64,000 bases of DNA, from the NCBI GenBank assembly GCA_918797485.1, contig CAKKNE010000004.1:1798001-1862000 (forward strand), read 5' to 3'. The notes beneath the pieces were generated by a model. It was not told the DNA's origin. It saw nothing but the letters and a program-made list of their open reading frames with translations, and did no database searches. Below are positions 52,258 to 64,000 of this stretch, piece after piece. Every line of letters starts with the position of its first letter. Position 1 is the stretch's first letter. The translations under genes were made by a program, and so were the position numbers. Source of the DNA: Pelagomonas calceolata (Eukaryota).

Positions 52258-52552
52258 CAGGGGATCTGAATCGCCTCGTAGACCCCGCCCGGGCAGGTAT
52301 CTAGGTATACTTCTCAACGCTATTAATAGCATCGTGAAACCGTGACGCGCCAGCGGATGAATGATAACTTCCTTCAAGTTCGTCCGAGTCGATGTAGTAG
52401 TTACTAGCCTGCCAATGAGTCCGAGTCTTTGTATGGATGGGGTGCGAGTTACTAGTACTCCCAGTTTCGACTCGGACTCGGACGGAGCTCTCATGTCCCC
52501 GGTACTGGAAGTATGAATACATACTAGACTGTCCAGCGATAGTCTCCAAACG

Positions 52553-54852
52553 ATGATCGCGTCGGCGTCTGTGCCGTTTCACTCGGCATCGCTGTATGTT
52601 GGCGACCTTGCTGCTGATGCTTCTGAGGTACGTTGTGCATACCTTGACGTTATTAGTGTATTTCGCAGGGCCTGCTCTTTGAGATCTTCAACACAGTTGG
52701 CCCTGTTGCATCCATTCGTGTTTGTCGCGATGCAGTAACACGTCGAAGTCTAGGCTATGCGTACGTCAATTTTCACAACGTGTCAGATGCTGAAAGGGCA
52801 TTAGACACAATGAACTATACGCTGATCAAGTCTAAACCATGTCGAATTATGTGGTCGCAACGAGACCCTACGCTGAGGAAATCGGGGGTGGGCAACGTCT
52901 TCGTAAAGAATCTTGACGCCTCCATTGATCACAAGGCCTTGTTTGACACTTTTTCGTTGTTTGGAAACATCTTGTCATGCAAAGTGGCCACAGATGAGAC
53001 TGGGCAGTCACAAGGATATGGTTATGTGCACTACGAGTCCGAGGAGGCCGCAACTGATGCGATAAGCAAGATAAACTCAATGACCATATGCGACAAGGAG
53101 GTGTACGTTGGTCACTTTGTGCGGCGTACCGAACGGTCAGGTCAAGCAGATTGGACAAATCTTTATGTGAAAAATTTCCCCGCTGAATGGGATGAGTCCA
53201 ATTTGCGCAAAACATTTGAACTGTATGGAGCCATTACCTCGTGCAAAGTACAACCCCTTAGGATTTCAATCAAGCCAAAGGCTGAAGAGACCGTTGGAGC
53301 AAAGGAAGCAACATCCGCGGCACAAGAAGCAATGGACGAGGCCAAGCACACGCGTCACGACGCTGGTGAGGAGCTGCCGCCTTCTGTGGCGAGAAGCGGT
53401 TCCACGGCTACATCAATTGATGTAAACTCAGGAGAGTCAGCTTCACCAACTGAAGTATCTGCCTTCGGATGGGTTAACTTTGAGCACCATGATTCTGCTG
53501 TTGCTGCCATAGAGGCGCTCAATGGAGCAAGTGAGTTGCCTCAAAAGGAGAGCGGCTCCACGATACATCTCAAAGCTCCGCTCTTCGTTGGTCGAGCGCA
53601 GAAAAAAGTTGAGCGCGAGCGCGAACTTAAGGCCAAATTTGATGCAGCTAAGATAGAACGCATCAAGAAGTATCAAGGTGTAAACTTGTTTGTCAAGAAT
53701 CTAGATGATGCCTTAGATGACGATCAGTTGCGGGAACATTTTGCGGAATTTGGCACAATAACTTCTGCGCGCATCATGCGCGAACCCGCCTCTGGTACTT
53801 CTAGAGGTTTCGGGTTTGTGTGTTTTTCATCACCTGAAGAAGCTGCCAAAGCCGTCACTGAAATGAATAACAAGCTGGTCCTCGGTAAGCCAATTTTTGT
53901 TGCGCTAGCACAGCGCAAGGAAGTGCGTCGCGCTCAGTTGGAGGCTCAACACGCACAGCGTCGGACCCCTGGCCCCTATGGTACACACCCTGGTACCCTT
54001 GGACCTGGTGGTGTACCAAGTCACGGGCCTCAGGGTTTGCATCCGGCACATCTGGCTGCGCCGTACGGCGCCGCAATGCCTATCATGTACGCTGCAGGTA
54101 CACCTGGCGGTCACCCTATGGGAATTCCCCCCCAAGGCCACCCAGGCGTTCCTATATCGAGTGTCCCGCCAAACGCTCGTGGCTATGTTATGGCTCGCGG
54201 CTCACCTAGGGGTCCAATAGCAGATCCACGGACAGGCTTTCACGGAGGTGGGCCTCGTCAGGGAGCATACCCAATCCATCCCGGACAGATGCAGCAAATG
54301 GGAGGCCAGGGTAGTTCCAATAGACGTTCTCGAAACAGGGGAGGACAGGGCGCGCAAGCTCAGGGGGGTCAGCAGTACAAGTACACACAGAATGCGCGCA
54401 ATGCCGCCAACATGGCTCCTAGTATGACGCAACTTCCGCCTCAGGCCCATCTTATGCCTCCCACTGTCGGTCAACAGCCTGGACAAGGTTTTCCTGGTGG
54501 TCCTGGAGTGGCACCACCTATGCCACCACCATTGCCCCTCCAACAGCCCAGTGCGTCTGGCTCTGGACAATCGCCGCGACGCCCCCCTGAGGACCCACTT
54601 ACATTGTCAGCCCTTGCCAATGCCTCCCCAACACTCCAGAAGAACATGATCGGCGAGCGCCTTTATCCCCTGATCCATCACTCTCAACCTGAGCTAGCTG
54701 GCAAGATTACTGGCATGCTACTTGAGATGGACAACTCCGAACTTTTACATCTTCTCGAATCACCAGATGCTTTACGAATGAAAGTAGCAGAGGCCCTCGA
54801 AGTGTTAAAGCAGCATCAGGCGCAGCTCCAGCAGGTGTCTCGCGAGGACTGA
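52553..54852 (+). CDS. PABPC1: Polyadenylate-binding protein (4 RRM + MLLE)
   Basis: ASLYVGDL, SLGYAYVNF, RIMWSQRDP.LRKSGVGNVFVKNL, QGVNLFVKNL, QKNMIGERLYPLI...AGKITGMLLEMD. Short intron at about 52628-52668. Confidence 0.96.
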
Positions 54853-55094
54853 TTTTGGGCCAATCAAAATTACTTGATCCATGGGTTTAGAATATTACTG
54901 AGGATATGGGAGCTCAGTTCTCGGGCCGAGCCCTGGTCGTGCCACTGCAGCGGGGGGGGGGTTATTTTGAGGTTGTCTTACAAGCAGTGCGCAGCAGGGG
55001 GAATTGAAATGGAGCCCGGGTGCCAGTGCCACAATGTCCAATTCCCGGGCCAACCTTGGGTTCCCCGGCGGCAGCATTTGAGGGGACTTGCAGC

Positions 55095-55368
55095 ATCCGC
55101 CAATAAAAGTGACTCAGGATGAATGTATCATAGTTAGGAGTGGGAGGCGATCATGATTTCCCCCTATAACTTGAAGGGGATATCGGAGTACCCTGCAGGG
55201 TGGGACCGTGACGTAAACACCTAGCAAACGTTTACTTCTCCCCTCCGAGAGGCCTCCAAACACTTGCCATCACGTCCCACCCTGGTACCCTGCTAGGATC
55301 ATGGGGGTAGGTAATACAAGTACGGGTCACGGTTGTGCATGGATACGTCTCAGTGAATTTCCATTGCA
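55095..55368. mobile_element. Partial LTR copy carrying a nested MITE
   Basis: Aligns with the 3' half of 51945-52257 and ends in CCATTGCA. Confidence 0.7.
55196..55284. mobile_element. hAT-like MITE (TIR CAGGGTGGGACGT, 8-bp TSD GTACCCTG)
   Basis: TSD at 55188-55195 and 55285-55292. The element is absent from the other LTR copies. Confidence 0.85.
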
Positions 55369-56143
55369 ACCCCCCATTGGAGGCCCAGGCCCGGGGTTGC
55401 CGCCGGTCTCTTGTTCAGGGGCTGCCCGGGGGCCATTTTTATGAGGTTCGAGATTTTGACGGCCCGGGTGGTCTCGTGGGCCCATTTCTGTAAAATCTGT
55501 AAAAAGTATTTTGTGTATCTTTGTTCAGATTTTTACTAATCATTGGAACAACACACACATATCACTGAATACCCAACGCTAAGCATCGGCAAATCATAAA
55601 AAAGTATTTCCCAACTATTACCAGAAAATTATACTTTTTTACTAATTATTGGACTTACAGTCTCATAGTCCGCCCCATCGCAACGCCTACGCCCGTTGGG
55701 CTTGACGTTGCTCTTCCCACCGAGGGCGGACGCGCTCGGTCGCTTCGCTCCCACCGTGACGTCGCCACCATCCCCTACTCGGCATTGGCTTCGCCAATAC
55801 CTGCGTTGCCGTGGCGACTTCGCTCATTCCCACAAAATGTATGAAATTCGTTCCACGCCTTTAGGCGGGGGACTAATTTTGTTCGTTTTCGAGTCCGTCA
55901 GGATGGGACATAAAGTATACATAATCCCTATACTACTCGACGATGCGGCCTACCGTGACCACTTTCATCAAACTTAAGGCAAAATGTCCCCGTGGATCTA
56001 GAATTTGTTTGTTTGCACTAAGTTGTAGCTCGGATTGCTTCACAACTGGCACTTCGATACAATTTTGGCTACAATTTTGTGGTAGTTGCGACCCTCACGA
56101 CAGGTGATTATCAACTTTTTGGCCCACCTCAGCGATCTTGCAC

Positions 56144-57599
<1,456 letters not shown>

Positions 57600-58838
57600 C
57601 TAGTATGGGCCTAGAGTGCACTAGTATACATGTAGAGTATAGTTACTCTAGATAAGCCCTGTGCTCAGCAGTCGCGTGTGCTGCCACGGGATAGTGCGCT
57701 GGAAGAACCATAGCCAGGACTTCACAGCGATGCGCACGAGAAAAGCTGGCCTGAAGTACGGCCCTTCCGACGCGCCCATGTTGGCCCCCGCGAAAATTTT
57801 TTGCTGAGCCGAGGCTGACCGAAGGTAACAAAGTCAGTGGAACGCGCAGGGGCAGTATTTGCACCGATTCCGTCGCTGAGACCATGTGCGGCGCTACGTA
57901 GAAGAAATCGCCAGGCGGCATGTGCCAAAAAGGCAATGGATCAGGCACATGCGTGGGGTAGCCTCGGCCACTGCGACCGCATTCGAGCGCTCGAGAAGCT
58001 GGAGATGGTGTCGTATTGTGTGTCGCGGTGGGGACCGTCTCGCAGTCGACTAAAAGTCCCCGAACCAAACAATGGGCCTCGAGGCGCAGGCGAGGAGAGA
58101 ACAACCCCTGTGAGCGATAATTGACGCTGAGGAGCCCCAGAAGGCGAAGTGAAGGGGGTTGTAAAAAAACGGGGGGGGGGGGGTCCGAAATTTATCTAAA
58201 TTTCAAAGTTTCCTACTAGAAGTAGGAGCCCATGTCTCGGGCGGCGCCCAGAGCTCCAAGTGGCTCTCCCTCGCGCCATTTTTGCGCGTCTCAGTTTGAA
58301 ATCCATTAGCTTCCGCCTAATTTGATGGCAGCGATGCCACCCTGTACCCCGTGGCAGCAACTTGAACCGCTCGGCGGACATCAAAACAACGTCACGGTAC
58401 CGGTATTTTCAAGTTTTACCTAGCTACCCCCTCATTTCCTAGCTGTGTTTATTAACTGTGTTTATTACACGTTGCGTGTTGAAGGGTGATGTAAGTGTAT
58501 AGGAAGGGTATAGGATAGGGGGGGGGGGTATTTCGCCCTACCAGTATTTATCGAACTCCGAGTCTGCTCGGAATTTACCGTGACGTCGCAAAGGCCTACC
58601 TAGACGCTTCAGTGGCTCGGGAGGCGTGGTCTACACGCGAGGGGTTTAGGATCCTGCTACTTTATATAACGCTGCGACATACTCCTGCTATCATGTATCA
58701 TCCCATAAGTTAACATAAGTTGTACTCGTGTACCCGCCCTGTACTGTACCAATAGGTATCCTTACCCTTGCTCTTGCTTATCCAGCCTTCTGAGCACGGT
58801 CTGCCTATGGCTCCTCGCCACTAGCTGGCATCTACAAA

Positions 58839-61181
58839 ATGACTGATAGTTCTATATCTACAGTCTACGCGTGGGGCTGCTTGAATAGGCGTGGTGCTGC
58901 GCAGACCTATCCCTTGCAGATGCATGGATTGAGCGGTGAAAACGCTATGAGCTGCGCAGCGGGTACAGACCATAGCTTAGTTTTATTATCTTGCGGTGCA
59001 GTTTGGGTGTGTGGCCAAGCCGACGATTGCAGAAGTGATGTCCTACGTCAGGGAACGTCTGATTCAGGGATGACCTTTCCGATGCAGCAGGCAAAGTTCG
59101 ATGGAGCGAGGATTAGCAGCGTTGCCGCCGGTGACAGTACATCGTTGCACCACAGAGTAACACGCTCTTTTTATCTGAATCATACATTCTCTTGTTGAGT
59201 AGGTATGCGATATCTCATTGTGGTAAGGTTTATTCGTGGGGGCAGGGTCGCTACGCTGTGCTTGGACACAATGATGGTGAGCAGAACCACATTATGCCAG
59301 CTCGTATCAGAGGATTCCCAGAAGATTCAATAGTGCGGCGTATTACATGTGGACGTTGGCATTGTGCGGCACTAGTCGACAGACATCAGGTGTTTCTCTG
59401 GGGTAGAAACCACTGCGGGCAGCTCGGCCTTGGCTTTTTATCGCGCGCCTGTGTTACTCCAGTAAAGATTCTACTCGAACCCGACGAAGATTGCCTTCTG
59501 TCGGTGCGTGATCTTGCTGCTGGCACAAATACCATCGTCCGCTTTGAATATGTGCGATAGATCGCATCAAGGATAAGCATAGTGGTGTTGTAGGAGAAGC
59601 GCACACAGTGGTCATTGCTGATGCCGGTCATGCTGGATTGGATGTCCCAAAGCCGCGTTTATTCAATTAGCCACATGAATGATCACCTGCTACCTAGAAA
59701 CACGAGAGCTTAGGCCCGGGCATACTCGTGGGGAGATCCAAATGATTCAAGACTTGGTGGGGTTGATGTAAGACTGCATCATTCACCACAGCTGGTCAAA
59801 ACAATAAATCATACCCTTGAGCGTCTTCGCTTGAATATTGCGAAAGAGGCTCAGCAACCAAAAAATTCAATTGTTTCGTGCGGGATTGCACACACACTTG
59901 TCCTTACAACGACAGGTCAGTTCCTAGCGTGGGGCTGTGGCAAGTATGGCCAACTAGGATATGGTGATCTCTGGGACAGGGAGGAGCCTGTTGTGGTTCC
60001 AGGTGTGCATTCGGTCCTTACATTTGCAACAGGCAATAGACACAATATTGCAGCCGCATGCCGTGCCTTTCAGCGCATCGATGGTTTAGGATACGCAAAA
60101 TAGGTTCAAAGGGTCGCTGAAGCTCACGCTGCTCTGGCCAAACGTGAAACTGTATACGCCTGGGGCTCCAACGCCTTCGGCGAGCTTGGTCTAGGTGTGT
60201 CCCTGGTATTCATTAATGATGCAAGTTTTTGCGGCAGGTGACACAAATGTTCGCCTACAACCTGCCACGTTGTGCACGCTCAATGAAAGCATAAAGGGCT
60301 GTGCTGCAGGAGCACGTCATAGCCTTGTTCTTGCTCGTGCCTCAAGGTGAAACTTGATCCACATTATTTGCGACGCTAATGTGATACTGCATGTAGCACT
60401 CGTTCTAGGAATGCCCCATGGAACAGAATATCTATTCATGGTGACAGCGAGGAGATATCGATCTTCCATTTTGATGTACTCCGTAATAAATTCAAGGACA
60501 GAAGACAAAGTCACGTCTTACCAGGTTCGCATTAAAACAAGTCATTGAGATATTGATCAAGATATTGGTGTGCCAAGGTTTACGCTATTGTCTTGACACG
60601 CTACCAGCCGATCAAAATGCTAGTGTTCGCTTCACCTACGAGAGTGTTCTGAGGTGTTTTCCTTGTCGGCAGTCCTATGTGCTTCTTCACCGTGGCACAA
60701 AATTACATTAAACCGCTGATGTATCCATTCAATGTTGTAGGTATGTCGCTCTTGTGCGCGGCGATGCCACACGAATCACAATGTAGAGGCTAAGTTTGTC
60801 AGATGGATGCCAAGCTGTGATAGATGTGGATGTGCTGAAAGCGGAAGCTGTAGTGCTGCGTGGAGTTGGGAGCGCAGTATTTTTGACAATTTTGTGACCC
60901 AAACAACGACTTCTCCTAACAAAGTCACCGATGGAGTTCTAGATATGCGACACTTCAAGGAGTTACTACAAGTCATGCACCCCGAAGGGCTATCGGAGGA
61001 TGACATTGACTCTGGTGAGGTTGCCTTACATTCAAGAGCTGGGACTATCACATGGGCTGCGTTTCAAAAATGGCATAATCCGTACTTTGAGGTGATCACT
61101 TCTTGTTTCTCCCTTTGTCTGATTCTCACTCCCTCTGCATCTTAGGAAATACGTCGCGCAGCCGAAGTAGATCAGACTTGA
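58839..61181 (+). CDS. RCC1-repeat protein with a C-terminal Cys/His-rich and EF-hand-like region, multi-exon
   Basis: RCC1 repeats (CAAGTDHSLVL, YSWGQGRYAVLG, WGRNHCGQLGLG, WGCGKYGQLG) spread over several exons. Confidence 0.75.
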
Positions 61182-62053
61182 TTCATATATTCAAGGCTAT
61201 TTCAACTCACCACGGCTAGACACATTGGCGCTTTCTATCTTGGGCTGACCCGTGGGTGTGGACGGGACGCGCAAACACGGCCGTCAAACCTGATGGGCTG
61301 CCATACAGATCGCATACGCGGCTAAAGACGCCAGTAGCGAGACGTCTGGCCACTAGCACTTTCACACCTAAGCACCTGGAGACCAAAGTCAGCCCAAAGC
61401 CAAATGATTACAGTCGTTGCAGCTCGCCCATAGAACAAGACGTCCGCACGCTCCAGGTGGGCTGACTCACTGCAGACTCACCCCTAGGAGTGGTCGATGT
61501 GACTTTGCGATATTGCGTTACTCTAAGGCCAGTGTTCTCATCAAGCAGCACCAAAAGCGTCGTTGCGACGTGTGTTTGCCCCTTGCTCGTATGCGGGATG
61601 TACACCCCCCCCGGGCCAGTACACGAACAGACTCGGCTCGTGTGGAGCCCTAATCGTCCTCGAATTTACTGTCCGACGCCGAACCCCCATTCTAATGATC
61701 GTCAAAGCTCCATTCAGGTCGCAATTTGTTTGAAAGCGACTAATTTTTTTGACGTCGTCCTCAGGCTAGGGACGAAGAAGCGGAGGCGTTCAAGTTCTAA
61801 CGGCGTATCGGACGCCAGTGCACACCAGGCGGGGCGTGCAGATTGGGATTGCTCCTTCGTTCTCGGACTTGCGCAGCGTCCCATTGGTGTCCAAAGTTTT
61901 TTCAAGGGATGTCCAAGTGATCTGCCATTGACGCCCGCCATATGGTCTCCCGACCGGCCGCTGGTTGACACGCGGCGACGGAAAAAGATCGCGCGCTCAA
62001 GTGACCACGCGCTCAAGGCGAGCGGTATAGTACTATTAGGATAAGCGATACTT

Positions 62054-62228
62054 TGCGATGCATAGGGAAATAGAGTGTGTAGCCCCGGACTTCCCCGGCA
62101 GCGTAGTGTAGTCGTCTAACGAAATAGTTTCTCCCATGTTTGATGGGGTTTGTGACGGGGAATTGCGTCCGTCAATAAAAGTGACTCAGGATGATAATAG
62201 TTAGGAGTGAGAGGCGACTTCCCCCTAC
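62054..62228. mobile_element. Partial LTR copy, fused to a putative retroelement-internal ORF fragment (62172-62663, minus strand)
   Basis: Near-identical to the 5' half of 24714-25052. The adjacent ORF has no motif I recognise. Confidence 0.65.
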
Positions 62229-62662
62229 AAAAGTCATGGAATTCAGTATTTCGGAGTAATCAATCTCTTTCTGGCTATTGGACCAGTGCTCAACGTAGTT
62301 AGCCACTGGCAGTAGACAATAATCTTTGACATGTTCATTTACGTCATACGTAGTCCCAGGTAAATGTTCGGTAGACTTTTCTGTTGCGTACATAAGAGAC
62401 TCGGGCTGGTACTTGATCGCCACAAGCTGCGCTTGTGTTATACCCAGTGCCTTGGCAATCTGTTTATCTTGCTCATAAAGACTCCAGATCTTCTGTTTCT
62501 CAGCCTTCGATAGGTGTCTGCTGGGTCCTGTTTCGTTTCCATAGTTGGTGAGGGAGCTTTTTGGTTCGTACCACAGTTTCATAAAGTTGAAAAAGCTTTG
62601 ACGGTCAATTCTCTCTCCCCCGGAACGGAGTAGGGTCCAGTCAGCTTGAGCACCGTTCTCCA

Positions 62663-62689
62663 TGTGTGTGTGTGTGTGTGTGTGTGTGT
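62663..62689. repeat. (GT)n microsatellite
   Basis: Direct observation. Confidence 0.95.
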
Positions 62690-62828
62690 AGACTGTTTAG
62701 AGGCTTGGTCTATGTCCTTTTCTTTAGGATATTCCTCCCTTACTAATCAGCATGATAGTAGTAATCATGATTACTAGTAATTATTTATTTACCGTAACTA
62801 CCTCCACTGGCAGTCTGAGCCTGAGGTC

Positions 62829-64000
62829 TTACTCTACCTCCCCCACCTCCTCTTTTACCAAACCTTCATCAGCTGGAGGCATATACCCTTTCTCATCCGG
62901 GAGAAGTACCACCCCGACTGTTTTATGGATTTGTTCGAGAAGATTTGATTCCAGGTAAGGGTGCAGGGCAATGTTTCCTTGGCGCATTTGCTGAAGCAAA
63001 TCGAAGGCGTCGTGTGCATTTCCTTTTTTAAAATGATACTCAACAAGAAGAGCGTACGCATCGCCAATCCGAATTGCCTAAATATCAATAATAAAACGCA
63101 TACGAAGCTCAATCGGGGGAAGCCACACAAATACCCACTGTTGTCGCCTCTCGCCTGCTCAAGATGGCAGTGCACATATCAGCCATCTTGTGAGGATCAG
63201 ACTTTTCGTACTTTCGGGCTTGGACAAAATCAGTAACAATAGCTATCCGTGATTCAAGAACGTCAATGCGGCATTCCCGATCAATCAATTTTTTGGCTTT
63301 CTCGAGTTGTTGTTTTGACTCTTTTAGTGCATCCAAAGCCTTCTCGTAGTCGCGAAACTCATCTATTTCCATCTGCGCATAGGCATCGTAGAACGCAGCA
63401 AGAGGTTCATGTGCACGTGCTTTAGTGTAGAACTCAACAATTCGTTTTGTCAGCTCGGCCGCATCAGTCGAGCCCGATTGCCAGTCCAGCGACTGGAGAT
63501 AATTTGCTGCTAGTATATATATGTCACGATTCCGACTCACAGAAGCGTAATATATGATATTTTTTGTGTCTCCGCTTTTCAACAAACATCTTAGAGCGCG
63601 AGCACGATCACCAGCCTGGGTAAACTTTTTGCATGCAAGTTGATAGGAGTTTTGCTTCTTACACACACGTGCAAGATCAAGAATCAGCTCTACACGCTCA
63701 TCATGGCTTATTGCTGGGGCCTTGTGTGAGATTAATGAATACTGCTCACCTTTACCACTACTATCATCATGATCTCGGTATTTTTCTATCTTTGGGGGAG
63801 TCATTGCATCGGCAAGCTCCTCCGTAATTGTGACATGGTGTTCACAGCAGAGCATGATTGCCTGCTTATATTTCCCACCCCTGATATACAGCCTGACAGC
63901 CTGCTCGTACTGACCGTGCTCGACAAAGAATTCAGCGCAGCGCGCTACCACATTGGGTGGAGCCGAGTTGTCTAGTTCTCTAGAGATAGTGGAGAGAACT
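62829..64000 (-). CDS. IFT140: Intraflagellar transport protein IFT140, C-terminal part
   Basis: ACKKFTQAGD...LLKSGDT..II.YASVSR..IYILAANYLQSLDW and AQMEIDEFRDYEKAL. The last exon reads RIGDAYALLVEYH...GEVE*. Confidence 0.93.

Overview
Eukaryotic nuclear DNA, most likely from a stramenopile alga. The introner-type introns and the protein families suggest a pelagophyte, but this is inference. About 15 mostly intron-containing genes are present: lectin/FN3/IPT protein, ankyrin protein, dual-specificity phosphatase, EF-hand EML/WD40 protein, glycosyltransferase-like protein, coiled-coil protein, LRRC49-like, IFT54, WW/ARM protein, EF-hand protein, XRN1, inositol polyphosphate kinase, PABP, RUVBL1, RCC1-like and the 3' part of IFT140. 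They are separated by TE-scarred spacers containing solo LTRs, a copia RT remnant, MITEs and dispersed repeats. Two mobile-DNA systems stand out. (1) The spacers are saturated with 8-mers that all follow one rule, XY-C-revcomp(XY)-G-XY. Comparing repeat copies inside the window shows these are 6-bp insertions at an ancestral dinucleotide XY, as expected for a stereotyped hairpin/P-nucleotide excision scar of a 2-bp-TSD, C...G-ended transposon. A related GTAC-targeted variant builds tandem arrays. (2) Introner elements (CTGTG...CACAG, 8-bp TSD) create cleanly spliced GT/GC-AG introns in both orientations. Exon-intron structures were inferred by eye and are not transcript-verified.
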